Positions 35,163 to 47,605 of a stretch of DNA of 64,000 nucleotides are shown here, piece after piece. The translations under genes were made by a program, and so were the position numbers. The stretch is from positions 67,843 through 131,842 of the forward strand of contig CAVOHV010000001.1 in the NCBI GenBank assembly GCA_963695805.1, in the 5' to 3' direction. Numbering within the stretch: the first letter of the stretch is position 1; every line of letters begins with the position of its first letter. The notes beneath the pieces were generated by a model that saw only the letters and a program-made list of their open reading frames with translations, was not told where the DNA came from and did no database searches. This stretch comes from an uncultured Solirubrobacterales bacterium (GTDB lineage Bacteria > Actinomycetota > Thermoleophilia > Solirubrobacterales > 70-9).

Positions 35163-35578
35163 TTGAAGATGACGGATCTCTCGAGTGAGTCAATGATGGT
35201 GGCGGCGGTGCGTTCCCGGCGTTGGCGCCTGAAGCTCGCGTTGGCGGCGGCGCTGGCGACGATGGTGCTGGTGGCGCCGACGGCCCCGCTCGTCCGGCAG
35301 GCGCCGGGGCGGGCGCGGGGCTCGCGGAACTGGTCCAGGGACCAGGCGGCGTCTCGACGACTTCGGCGACCCCTCCGGCCACGGGTGACGTCGTGCTGCG
35401 CCGTGACGGGTCGAAGGCCGATCCCTTCGTCGCAGACCTAGCCCCGACCGGGGCCCCCGCAGCCGACGGCTTCGACTGGGGAGACGCGGCGGTCGGCGTC
35501 GGCGCCGGCATGATCGTGAGTCTGCTCGGGATCGCCGCGATCGGTGCCTATGGAGGGCGCCCCGCGCGAACCGCCTAG
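35163..35578 (+). pseudogene. possible frameshifted small secreted/C-terminally anchored protein
   Basis: A signal-peptide-like start (MMVAAVRSRRWRLKLALAAALATMVLVAPTAP) is in one phase (ORF 35163..35441). A plausible mature part with a C-terminal TM (GDVVLRRDGSKADPFVADL...GVGAGMIVSLLGIAAIGAYGG) is in another (ORF 35222..35578). The switch would fall in a G-rich run near 35290-35320. Confidence 0.3.
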
Positions 35579-35607
35579 CTTGCGGCAAAGCCCAGCCTCA
35601 AGAAACT

Positions 35608-35635
35608 CCAAGGGCCCTCTGTCGAGGGCCCTTGG
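35608..35635. terminator. bidirectional terminator-like hairpin between convergent genes
   Basis: 12-bp perfect stem CCAAGGGCCCTC / GAGGGCCCTTGG with loop TGTC. Confidence 0.6.
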
Positions 35636-35700
35636 AATTCCCGAGAGCTCGTCTGCGGGGTCACCGTTCGCGCCGTCAGCTTTCGGCGCGACGGGCGAAC

Positions 35701-36525
35701 TCAGACGTGTTGCGCGAGCCAGTCGTGGACTTCGCCGATGCGCCCCGCCACCACCGCTAGGTGTCCTTCGTGATCGCACAGCTCGGCTTCTGCCCCCGGA
35801 ATGGTGTCCGCGAGCCAGCGGGCGTGTACGAACGGCACAAAGCGATCCTCCAGACCGTGCCATACCTTCACGGGGATCGAAATCGAAGCCGGATCGAAGC
35901 CCCACGCCGAGTGGGACACGGCGATGTCGTCGTCGGTCCAGCCGTCGATGCTGGACGCCAGTGCGACCTGGGCCGCTCGGTGCAGCCAGACGCCGAATTC
36001 GCCGTGGAGCACCGCGCCATCGGATGCGGACTTCCCTGCCGACCACTGCTCGGCTAGCTCGCGGGCGTTCATTGCCAGAAGCTCCTCCCGCTGCTGCTCG
36101 CCCTGCCGCTCCCATTTGGCGCAATCGGACAGGAAGAGCTCATAGTCCTCCCGATCTTCGTCAGAGCTACCCGCTAAGAAGTCCAGCCCGGGCGCATCGA
36201 ACGGAGCGGGCGAGCCAATTGTCGCCACAGCCGCCACCAGATCGTCAAGCAACGCGCCGCAAGCGAGCGCGTGGGGACCACCACCTGAGAAGCCCCAGAC
36301 GACGCATCGCTCGAAACCCAGGACCTCACTGAGCCTGCGCACGTCAGCTGCGCAATCAGCCACCGTCCGCCCTAGCTGTCTCGACGAGCCGCGATAGCCC
36401 GGCCGGTCGTAGGTGATCAACGTCAAGCCTCGGCCGGCTGCGTCCTGAACCCAGTCGTGGTACAGCAGGCCCGCGTTGGGCGAGCCGACTTGGACGAGCA
36501 CCACGCGACGGCCGTCGCCGGCCAC
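35701..36525 (-). CDS. alpha/beta-fold hydrolase
   Basis: 274 aa with nucleophile elbow VVWGFSGGGPHA (G-x-S-x-G) and a C-terminal His (CDHEGHLA). Confidence 0.8.
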   Translation of the reverse strand: MAGDGRRVVLVQVGSPNAGLLYHDWVQDAAGRGLTLITYDRPGYRGSSRQLGRTVADCAADVRRLSEVLGFERCVVWGFSGGGPHALACGALLDDLVAAVATIGSPAPFDAPGLDFLAGSSDEDREDYELFLSDCAKWERQGEQQREELLAMNARELAEQWSAGKSASDGAVLHGEFGVWLHRAAQVALASSIDGWTDDDIAVSHSAWGFDPASISIPVKVWHGLEDRFVPFVHARWLADTIPGAEAELCDHEGHLAVVAGRIGEVHDWLAQHV

Positions 36526-36725
36526 CTCCGCGTGCAGCCGGCGCCCATCCGCAGTGTCAACGTGCCTCGTGTGCGCTAACTCCGGATGGGTGCCATGTGC
36601 GCTCAGAGCAAGACACTCTCAGATCCGCTTGGGAGCCCGAAGCCGGCTTCCCACGTGTCGCTTCGCTACGAACGACGACCGGCAGCCGGGTGCGGCCTGT
36701 TCGGCCGCGAGATAGTGGGCGGGCG

Positions 36726-37118
36726 ATGTCCGAGGAGAACGTCGAGTTGGTACGTGAGAGCTACGTGACTCCCGGTGCATTATTCACGAGTTGGTCCGAG
36801 CGGATGGCACCGAAGGTCGAGTTCGATTTCACCGCGGCGTATCCCGACCGGCCCGTGATGCGAGGGATTGAGGAGCTGCGGAGATTCCGCGAGGAAGGGC
36901 CTTGGGCGGAGCTGAGGTTCGATCCCGAGCGCTTTGTCGACGTCGATGATGAGCGCGTACTCGTCTTGGTCAGGGTCCACGCCGAGGGGAAGGGGAGTGG
37001 CGTACCGGTCGAGCTTCGAAACGCTCACGAGTACACGATCCGCGACGGCATGTTGGTTCGGTTCAAGGTCTATGGCGACCGAGCCGAGGCCCTCGAAGCC
37101 GGCGGACTGTCGGAGTAG
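36726..37118 (+). CDS. SnoaL/NTF2-like small protein (family member)
   Basis: ORF 36597..37118 with ATG 36726. MSEENVELVRESY...RAEALEAGGLSE. Confidence 0.75.
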   Translation: MSEENVELVRESYVTPGALFTSWSERMAPKVEFDFTAAYPDRPVMRGIEELRRFREEGPWAELRFDPERFVDVDDERVLVLVRVHAEGKGSGVPVELRNAHEYTIRDGMLVRFKVYGDRAEALEAGGLSE

Positions 37119-37215
37119 GCGGCTCGGCAAAGTCCGTTTCCTCGCACAGAGCCACCCGGTGGTCTGACCTTCTGAATCGCCATCTCGACCGTCCCACAAT
37201 CCGACCCTGCTCCCG

Positions 37216-37479
37216 GTGCCTAAGATCGGCGCCGTGCTCGTGCTGATCGGCCTCATTCTGCTCGGAGTTGCCGCCACTGCCCTCGCGTCCGTGGTGGTGC
37301 TGCGCCAACGCGAGGCGGGCGAAGCGCGGAAGGTGCAAGACCTCTACCCGGAAGGGAGCGAGAGGGCGGTCTACGAGACGCTCTACGGAAAGCGCTCGAC
37401 GACGGTATCCGCCCCGGTGCCCGTACAGCGATCACCAGAAGCCGATCTGGATAGTCCCCAGGGTGGATTGCGGGAGTAG
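37216..37479 (+). CDS. small hypothetical membrane protein ending in a SnoaL-family 3' junction relic
   Basis: 87 aa with TM IGAVLVLIGLILLGVAATALASVVVL. The last codons (...GGLRE-stop) and the following GCG-ATG are the same junction sequence seen between the SnoaL copies. Confidence 0.35.
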   Translation: MPKIGAVLVLIGLILLGVAATALASVVVLRQREAGEARKVQDLYPEGSERAVYETLYGKRSTTVSAPVPVQRSPEADLDSPQGGLRE

Positions 37480-37482
37480 GCG

Positions 37483-37887
37483 ATGCCGGAGGAGAACGTC
37501 GAGGCGGCGAAACTCGCTGTTGCGGCTTTCAACCGGGGAGACTTTGAGGGCTTGGAGGAGCTCTACGCCGCAGATGCCGTGCTCCAAGACCTGCAGAACG
37601 CTCCTGATCAGCCGGTGACGGTTGAGGGCGTTCAGGCGATTCGACAGACCCTGAATCTGTGGGCGGCCGCCTTCGACGAGCTGCGCGTTGATATCGAGGA
37701 ATACATCGATGGCCCGGACGCCGTGATCTGCGCGGCGCATTGGCAGGGGCAGGGCAAGACGAGCGGCATCTCGATCGATGTCCACCAGTTCGACCTCTAC
37801 GAGTTCCGCGACGGAAGGGTCATCCGAGCGGTCCTCGGCTTCAGATCCAAGAACGATGCGCTCGAAGCCGCCGGGCTTCAGGAGTAA
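37483..37887 (+). CDS. SnoaL/NTF2-like small protein (array copy 1)
   Basis: MPEENVEAAKLAVAAFNRGDFEGLEELYAADAV...NDALEAAGLQE. The next copy starts 3 nt after the stop. Confidence 0.8.
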   Translation: MPEENVEAAKLAVAAFNRGDFEGLEELYAADAVLQDLQNAPDQPVTVEGVQAIRQTLNLWAAAFDELRVDIEEYIDGPDAVICAAHWQGQGKTSGISIDVHQFDLYEFRDGRVIRAVLGFRSKNDALEAAGLQE

Positions 37888-37890
37888 GCG

Positions 37891-38298
37891 ATGTCGGAGG
37901 AGAACGTGGCGCTGGCACAAAAGGCCATCGACGCTGTCAACCGCGGCGACTTCGACGCCTTGCTGGCCTTCCTCAGCCCTGATGTCGTGTGGGAGGCCCT
38001 TGAAGGTGTCACTGGGATTGGTGAGCTCTACCGCGGGCGGGCAGGGGTGCGAGAGTGGATCGAGCTGATGTGGGAAAACGCGGAGGAGGGCGTCCACATC
38101 GAGATCGGGCAGATAGCGGACTTGGGTGATGACCGGGTCTTCATCGCCGTGGTTATCACGGCACGCCGGAGGGGCAGCGGCATGCCGCTCGAATACCGCA
38201 CCTGGCAGATCGTCTGGTTCGCGGACGGCCTGATTTCGAGACGTCAAGCCTTCTGGACCCGTGCCGAAGCCCTCAAAACCGCCGGACTGCGGGAGTAG
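37891..38298 (+). CDS. SnoaL/NTF2-like small protein (array copy 2)
   Basis: MSEENVALAQKAIDAVNRGDFDALLAFLSPDVVW...RAEALKTAGLRE. 3-nt spacers on both sides. Confidence 0.8.
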   Translation: MSEENVALAQKAIDAVNRGDFDALLAFLSPDVVWEALEGVTGIGELYRGRAGVREWIELMWENAEEGVHIEIGQIADLGDDRVFIAVVITARRRGSGMPLEYRTWQIVWFADGLISRRQAFWTRAEALKTAGLRE

Positions 38299-38301
38299 GC
38301 G

Positions 38302-38700
38302 ATGTCGGAGGAGAACGTCGAGGTCGTTCTGGATCAGTGGGATGCGTGGAGCGACGGAAACCTGGACAGGTGGGCACAGGCCTGGGACCCCGAGGTGGTC
38401 GTAGTTGCCCCGAAGGGTTGGCCCGAGGGAGACGTCGAGCGGGGCCTCGAAGCCTGGAGGCGTCAGGCCCAACGTTTGCGGCATACCTGGGCGGAGGCGC
38501 GGATCGAGGTTGACGAGATTCGGGATGTAGAAGATCGGGTGCTTGCTCGGATTCGCTACGTGACGGTTGGAGGGGACACCGGCATCCCCTTTGAGACGCC
38601 CATGGGCGTTGTCTTCCTCCTCAGCGAGCGAAAGATCAGGCGGGCGTATTTCGGCTGGACGATGGCCGACGCCCTCGAAGCCGCCGGGCTGCCGGAGTAG
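38302..38700 (+). CDS. SnoaL/NTF2-like small protein (array copy 3)
   Basis: MSEENVEVVLDQWDAWSDGNLDRWAQAWDPEVVV...MADALEAAGLPE. Followed by a strong hairpin. Confidence 0.8.
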   Translation: MSEENVEVVLDQWDAWSDGNLDRWAQAWDPEVVVVAPKGWPEGDVERGLEAWRRQAQRLRHTWAEARIEVDEIRDVEDRVLARIRYVTVGGDTGIPFETPMGVVFLLSERKIRRAYFGWTMADALEAAGLPE

Positions 38701-38723
38701 CGAGCCTCTGGACTCAGCCATAG

Positions 38724-38753
38724 AGAAACGGCCCTCCGAAGAGGGCCGTTTCT
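38724..38753 (+). terminator. intrinsic-terminator-like hairpin closing the SnoaL array
   Basis: 13-bp stem AGAAACGGCCCTC / GAGGGCCGTTTCT with loop CGAA. The T-rich 3' arm is followed by GGGG. Confidence 0.65.
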
Positions 38754-38816
38754 GGGGTACTACAGGGAGGAGAGATATGTTTTGCTGCTGTGTTGTCTGT
38801 GGGAGGTAGCCGGTAC

Positions 38817-39179
38817 TCAGGCTCCGAGTGGACGACTGAACCGCGTTGAGGCGGTCAGCGTCATGTGAGCGGAGCCGAACCCGGCCAAAAAGACTGTTGC
38901 GACGTAGTCGCCCCCGATTCCGGCCAGCACCGCCGCCGCGATGGTCGCGCCGGCCAGCGTGTAGTCGAGCCCGGCGTGGGCACTCAGCGGCACATTTCCA
39001 CGAGTGCTGTCGCCGTAGACGGAGGTCGCGAGACCGATCAGCAGGACGCCGAGCGCGATGCTGAGACCGCCCGCCAGGTAGTCGAAGCCGAGCGCGAACG
39101 GCGCCACGATCAGCAGCGGCGCGGCCAGCACCTCGAGGGCAGCATGGACGTTGATCGGTATCGCTCTGAAGAGACTCAT
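38817..39179 (-). CDS. hypothetical four-TM membrane protein
   Basis: ORF 38817..39230 with ATG 39179 (MSLFRAIPINVHAALEVLAAPLLIVAPFALGF...). Family not recognised. Confidence 0.5.
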   Translation of the reverse strand: MSLFRAIPINVHAALEVLAAPLLIVAPFALGFDYLAGGLSIALGVLLIGLATSVYGDSTRGNVPLSAHAGLDYTLAGATIAAAVLAGIGGDYVATVFLAGFGSAHMTLTASTRFSRPLGA

Positions 39180-39289
39180 CGCGAAACCAGGGTACGAACG
39201 TATGTGCGATTCGTGTGTGAGGGCGATCACAGTCCAAGCTGCGATCGGATTGCCGCTCCGGGCGCAGCGGCGCTTGTACGGTTCGCCGC

Positions 39290-40072
39290 GTGACCCGTCG
39301 TCGCGCCGATACGCTGCTCGCCGACCGCGGCCTCGCGCCGTCGCGCACCGCAGCCGCCGCCACCGTCCGCGCCGGGCGGGTGCGCCTTGGGAAGGACGGG
39401 TCCACGATCGAAAAGCCGAGCGAGCTGGTCCCGGAGGACGCCGAGCTCTTGGTCGAAGAGGGGGAGGAGTTCGTCTCGCGAGGCGGGATCAAGCTCAACA
39501 ACGCCCTCGACGAGCTTTCCGTCGCGGTCGAGGATCGCCTGGCGCTGGACGTCGGCGCCTCGACCGGGGGGTTCACGGATTGCCTGCTGCAGCGCGGCGC
39601 GCGGATGGTGATCGCGGTCGACGTCGGCTACGGGCAGCTCGACTGGAGCCTGCGGCAGGACTCTCGCGTTCTGGTCATGGAGCGGCTCAATGCCAGGTAC
39701 CTGGGCGATTCGTTCCTGCCCTTTCGGCCCGAGCTGATCACGGTGGACGTCGCCTTCATCTCTCTGGCGATGGTGATGCCTTCGATCGTCACCACCGCGG
39801 CCGATGAGTTCGACCTACTGGGCCTCGTCAAGCCGCAATTCGAGCTCGGCAAGGAGAAGGTCGGGAAGGGGGGCGTCGTTCGCGATGCCGGCGACCGCCG
39901 CGACGCGATTCGCCGGGTGGCCGAGGCCGCGCAGCAGGAGGGGCTGATCGTCCGCGGGCTGGCCTCGTCCGGACTGCCGGGCCCGAAGGGGAATCGCGAG
40001 ACCTTCGTCTGGGCCGCGCGCAGCGGGGAGGCGATCGACCTCGACGCCGCACTTAGGGAGGTCGAGCCGTGA
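39290..40072 (+). CDS. tlyA: TlyA-family rRNA (cytidine-2'-O)-methyltransferase
   Basis: S4-like N-terminus RRADTLLADRGLAPSRTAAAATVRAGRV, SAM motif LDVGASTGGFTDCLL, and the KPQFE motif. Confidence 0.85.
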   Translation: MTRRRADTLLADRGLAPSRTAAAATVRAGRVRLGKDGSTIEKPSELVPEDAELLVEEGEEFVSRGGIKLNNALDELSVAVEDRLALDVGASTGGFTDCLLQRGARMVIAVDVGYGQLDWSLRQDSRVLVMERLNARYLGDSFLPFRPELITVDVAFISLAMVMPSIVTTAADEFDLLGLVKPQFELGKEKVGKGGVVRDAGDRRDAIRRVAEAAQQEGLIVRGLASSGLPGPKGNRETFVWAARSGEAIDLDAALREVEP

Positions 40073-40920
40073 CCGTGACGGTGAAGCGCGCGATGCTGAT
40101 CACGCCCGTGCATCCGGAGCGCGCCGAGAAGGCGGTCGCCACCGCGGCCGAGGCGGCGAGGGCGGCGGGCGTACAGCTCGTCTCGACCGCTGACGAGCAG
40201 GAGAAGCACGCGGTGGCCGCGGCGCACATCGAGAAGGTGGCCGACGGTGAGCAACCCGACGTCTGCCTGGTCCTCGGCGGAGACGGCAGCATTCTCTACG
40301 CGCTCCGTCACTTCGCCCACACGGGCGTCCCTGTTTTCGGCATCAACTTCGGCACGATCGGGTTCCTGGCCGCCGTCGAGCGCGCCGATCTCGCGAGTGG
40401 TCTCGAGAGGGTGTTCAGCGGCGACTTCGAGGTGATGGACATGCCCGCGCTGACGGTGGACCTGCCCATCGACCATCGGGCGGCCCTCAACGACGTCAGC
40501 TTCCTGCGTCAGCCGCGCGGCCGGGTCGCCGAGCTCTCCTACACGATCGGCGATGAGGAGGTCGGCAACGTCCGCTGCGACGGGCTGGTCGCCGCGACTC
40601 CGGCCGGGTCGACCGGCTACAACCTCGCCAACAACGGCCCGATCCTGGCCTGGGGCGTGAAGGGGTTTGTGGTCAGCTTCATCGCCCCTCACACGCTCGC
40701 TGCGCGGGCACTCGTGGTCGCGCCGGACGACGCGCTCATCGTGCGCAACGCCGCCGGCCGGGAGGCGGTCGAGATCTCGCTGGACGGCGCGCCCGCCGGG
40801 AAGCTCGAGGCGGGCGCGGAGCTCGAGATGCGCTTCGAGGAATCGGTCAGCAAGCTGGCGCAGCTGCCGGGCACGAACTTCTACCACCGCATCCGCGAGA
40901 AGTTCGGGAAGCTCGCCTAG
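40069..40920 (+). CDS. nadK: NAD kinase
   Basis: GTG overlaps the tlyA stop. VLGGDGSILYA (GGDG), INFGTIGFL, and the GLVAATPAGSTGYNL motif. Confidence 0.9.
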   Translation: MTVTVKRAMLITPVHPERAEKAVATAAEAARAAGVQLVSTADEQEKHAVAAAHIEKVADGEQPDVCLVLGGDGSILYALRHFAHTGVPVFGINFGTIGFLAAVERADLASGLERVFSGDFEVMDMPALTVDLPIDHRAALNDVSFLRQPRGRVAELSYTIGDEEVGNVRCDGLVAATPAGSTGYNLANNGPILAWGVKGFVVSFIAPHTLAARALVVAPDDALIVRNAAGREAVEISLDGAPAGKLEAGAELEMRFEESVSKLAQLPGTNFYHRIREKFGKLA

Positions 40921-40933
40921 CTAGTCTCCGGGC

Positions 40934-42466
40934 ATGGAGCGCAAGTGGTGGAGCCTGCTCGCGGTCTGTCTGGCGACGTTCATGTTGCTGCTCGACATCA
41001 CCGTCGTCAACGTCGCGCTCCCGGACATCCAGAAGGAACTCCACACCGACCTCACCGGGCTCCAGTGGGTCGTCGACGCGTACACGCTGACCCTCGCCGC
41101 CTTCACCCTGACCATGGGCGCGCTCGCCGACCGCTTCGGCCGCCGCCGGCTGTTCGTGATCGGGGTCGCGCTCTTCACCCTCGCTTCGCTGCTCTGCGGG
41201 CTGGCCACCAACGCCACCTTCCTGCACCTGGCGCGCGGACTGCAGGGAATCGGGGGCGCGGCGATGTTCGCGACCTCGCTGGCCCTGATCGCCCAGGAGT
41301 TCCAGGGCCCCGAGCGCGGCACTGCGATCGCCGCCTGGGGCGCGACGATCGGCGGCGCGGTCGCGGTCGGGCCGCTGGTCGGCGGGGCTCTGACTGACGG
41401 GTTCGGCTGGGAGTGGATCTTCTTCGTCAACGTCCCGATCGGGATCGGCACCGTGATCCTGGCCCAGACTCAGGCTGGCGAGTCGCGCGATCCCGAGGCC
41501 AAGAGCGTCGACTGGGCGGGCCTGATCACCTTCTCGCTCGGGCTCTTCGCTCTGATCTTCGGCCTGCTGCGGGGCAACGCCGAGGGCTGGGGCAGCGCTC
41601 AGATCGTCGGCTCTCTGGTCGGCGCGGCGGTCCTGCTGGTGGCGTTCGTGATCTTCGAGTGGCGGCAGGACCACGCGATGTTCGACCTCAGCCTCTTCCG
41701 AAAGCCCGCCTTCTCGGGCGTCTCCTACGGCACCTTCGCGATCGGCGCCGGGATGTTCGCGATGTTCCTCTACATCACGATCTACATGCAGAGCGTGATC
41801 GGGATGACGCCGCTCGAGGCCGGTGTCCGCTTCCTGCCGCTGACCCTCTTTGCGTTCATCGTGCCGCTCGTCACCCGCAACCTTGTCTCGAAGATCCCGG
41901 CGCGGGTCCCGCTGACGATCGGGCTGGCGCTGGTCGGCCTCGGCCTTCTGCTGATGCGCGGCGCCAAGCCCGACTCGGAGTGGACAACTCTGCTCGCCGG
42001 GTTCATCGTCAGCGGCGTCGGAATCGGGCTCTCCAACCCGTCGATCGCCTCGACCGCGCTCGGGGTGGTGCCCGCCGCGCGATCGGGCATGGCCTCGGGG
42101 ATCAACAACACGATGCGGATCGCCGGCGTCGCGACGGGGATCGCGGCGCTCGGGGCGGTTTTCCAGAGCAAGATCACCGATTCGCTCCACACACTGCTGC
42201 CACAGGCGCCGAGCGGATTCGCTGAGGGCGTTGCCGCCAGCGGCACGCAGGCGGCGAACCAGGCACCTCCGCAGTTCCATGACCAGGCCGTCCAAGCGGC
42301 GGGCGTCGCGTTCACCGACGCCTTCAACGACATCCTTCTGATCGGAGCGCTGATCCTGTTCAGCGGCGCGCTCGCGGCCTTCGCACTGGTGCGCCAGAGG
42401 GACTTCGTCCCGCATGGCTCGCCACAGCAGGCGGAGACCGAGGCGGGAGAGCCCGCCGCCGCTTAA
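40934..42466 (+). CDS. MFS transporter, DHA2 (14-TM) type
   Basis: 510 aa. WWSLLAVCLATFMLLLDITVVNVALPDIQKEL and LADRFGRRRLF. It is a paralogue-like of 26105-27544. Confidence 0.85.
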   Translation: MERKWWSLLAVCLATFMLLLDITVVNVALPDIQKELHTDLTGLQWVVDAYTLTLAAFTLTMGALADRFGRRRLFVIGVALFTLASLLCGLATNATFLHLARGLQGIGGAAMFATSLALIAQEFQGPERGTAIAAWGATIGGAVAVGPLVGGALTDGFGWEWIFFVNVPIGIGTVILAQTQAGESRDPEAKSVDWAGLITFSLGLFALIFGLLRGNAEGWGSAQIVGSLVGAAVLLVAFVIFEWRQDHAMFDLSLFRKPAFSGVSYGTFAIGAGMFAMFLYITIYMQSVIGMTPLEAGVRFLPLTLFAFIVPLVTRNLVSKIPARVPLTIGLALVGLGLLLMRGAKPDSEWTTLLAGFIVSGVGIGLSNPSIASTALGVVPAARSGMASGINNTMRIAGVATGIAALGAVFQSKITDSLHTLLPQAPSGFAEGVAASGTQAANQAPPQFHDQAVQAAGVAFTDAFNDILLIGALILFSGALAAFALVRQRDFVPHGSPQQAETEAGEPAAA

Positions 42467-42498
42467 TCCGTCGGGGCTCCTCGTTAGAACGGGGTCCG

Positions 42499-44178
42499 AT
42501 GCTGCTCGAGCTCCGAATCGAGAATCTGCTCTTGATCGAGCGGGCCGAACTGCGCCTCGGCCCGGGCCTGAACGCGATCACGGGGGAGACGGGCGCCGGC
42601 AAGACGATCCTGGCCCACTCCTTCGACCTGCTGATGGGAGGCCGGGCGAAAGAGGGAATCGTCCGGCCAGGGGCGAGCGAGGCCTACGTCGAGGGGGTCT
42701 TCCAGCTGCCGGACAACCTGCTCGACGATCCCGAGCTCACCGAGATCGCCGAGCGACTGCCGGAGGGAACCATGGAGCTGGTGGTCGGCCGACGCGTCTC
42801 GGCTTCTGGCAGGACGAGCGCCTTCCTCGGTGGGCGCTCTGCCTCGGCGCCGGACCTCCAGGCCCTCGGCTCCCGGCTGCTCGCCTTCTACGGGCAGCAC
42901 CAGCACCGCAAGCTGACGCTCTCGGCCGCCCAGCTCGAGACCCTGGATGGCTTCGCGGGCGAGCGGCACCTCGAGCGTCGGCGCGCCTACCGGGAGGCGC
43001 ATGCCGAGGTGCGGCGCGTCGAGGGTGAGCTGGAGGGGATCCGCGAGCGCGAGGGGGCGCGGGTTCGCGATCTTGACCTGCTTCGCTACGAGCTCGACGA
43101 GATCGTGGCGGCGCAGCCCGATGCCGAGGAGGAGGCGGAGCTGGCCGCAGAGCGGGAGAGGCTTCGCCATGGGGAGTCGCTGCGGGGAGCAGCCGCCGAG
43201 GCGCTCGCGGCGATATCAGGCGATGACGAGGCGGGTGGGGCCGCCGAGGCGATGGGATCGGCCGAGGCGGCACTCGCCGCCCGGGAAGGGGTCGATCCGG
43301 CGCTCGACAAACTCGCAGAGATCGCGACCGGGGTGCGCCTGGAGCTGCAGGACCTGGCGGGTGAGTTGCGCGGATATGCCGAGGGAATCGAGGCCGAGCC
43401 GGGCCGGTTGGAGCAGGTCGAGGAGCGGCTCGACGCGATGGATCGCCTCAAGCGCAAGCACGGCGGCTCGATCGAGTCGGTGCTCGCTCACGCCGAGCAC
43501 TGCCGCGCCGAGATCGACGCGATCGAGGGCGCCGACCAGACGACAGAGCGGCTGGAGGCCGACCTGACGAAGGCGATGCGGACGCGCACCGATCTGGCGG
43601 GCGGCCTCAGCGAGGTGCGGGCCAAGTCGGCAAAACGCCTCGAGAGGCGGATCGCCAAGGAGCTCGACCAGCTCGGGATGAGCGGCGCGAAGCTCGAGAT
43701 CTCGCTCGAGCCCCACCCGGATGGCTTCGGAGCTCTCGGCCAGGAGCGGGTCGGTTTCCGCGTCGCCACCAATCCTGGAATGCCCACCTCGCCGTTGCGC
43801 GATGCAGCCTCGGGCGGGGAGCTCTCGAGGCTGATGCTCGCGCTCGCGGGGCAGGCCGCGCCGGGTGGCGCCGCGACGTACGTCTTCGACGAGATCGACG
43901 CGGGCGTCGGCGGTAACACCGCCAGGACGGTGGGGGAGAGGCTGCGCGCGCTCGGCGACGAGCGGCAGGTGCTCTGCATCACCCACCTGCCCCAGGTGGC
44001 CTCGATGGCCCAATCCCACTTCCGGATCGAGAAGAGCATCGATCGCGGGCAGGCGACGGCGACCGTCGAGCGAGTCGACGGCGATGAGCTCGTTGCGGAG
44101 ATCGTGCGGATGCTCGGAGGCGGAGATGGCGACGAGGCCGCCGACCGGCATGCCCGCGAGCTGCTCAAGGCCGCCTAG
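42499..44178 (+). CDS. recN: DNA repair protein RecN
   Basis: MLLELRIENLLLIERAEL, Walker A GETGAGKT, coiled-coil middle, and C-terminal SGGELSRLMLAL / VFDEIDAGVGG. Confidence 0.95.
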   Translation: MLLELRIENLLLIERAELRLGPGLNAITGETGAGKTILAHSFDLLMGGRAKEGIVRPGASEAYVEGVFQLPDNLLDDPELTEIAERLPEGTMELVVGRRVSASGRTSAFLGGRSASAPDLQALGSRLLAFYGQHQHRKLTLSAAQLETLDGFAGERHLERRRAYREAHAEVRRVEGELEGIREREGARVRDLDLLRYELDEIVAAQPDAEEEAELAAERERLRHGESLRGAAAEALAAISGDDEAGGAAEAMGSAEAALAAREGVDPALDKLAEIATGVRLELQDLAGELRGYAEGIEAEPGRLEQVEERLDAMDRLKRKHGGSIESVLAHAEHCRAEIDAIEGADQTTERLEADLTKAMRTRTDLAGGLSEVRAKSAKRLERRIAKELDQLGMSGAKLEISLEPHPDGFGALGQERVGFRVATNPGMPTSPLRDAASGGELSRLMLALAGQAAPGGAATYVFDEIDAGVGGNTARTVGERLRALGDERQVLCITHLPQVASMAQSHFRIEKSIDRGQATATVERVDGDELVAEIVRMLGGGDGDEAADRHARELLKAA

Positions 44179-44205
44179 GGCGCCTGTGGAAATAGTCTCC
44201 AGGCG

Positions 44206-47602
<3,397 letters not shown>

Positions 47603-47605
47603 CCG

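Noticed and set aside
37432-39576. 714-aa open reading frame on the minus strand spanning the SnoaL array and beyond
   Set aside because: It is antisense to five well-supported plus-strand genes and crosses two hairpin/intergenic regions. The translation is Arg/Pro/Gly-rich junk with no domain-like segments. Long antisense ORFs are expected at this G+C.
40847-42415. 522-aa minus-strand ORF
   Set aside because: Antisense shadow of the DHA2 MFS gene.
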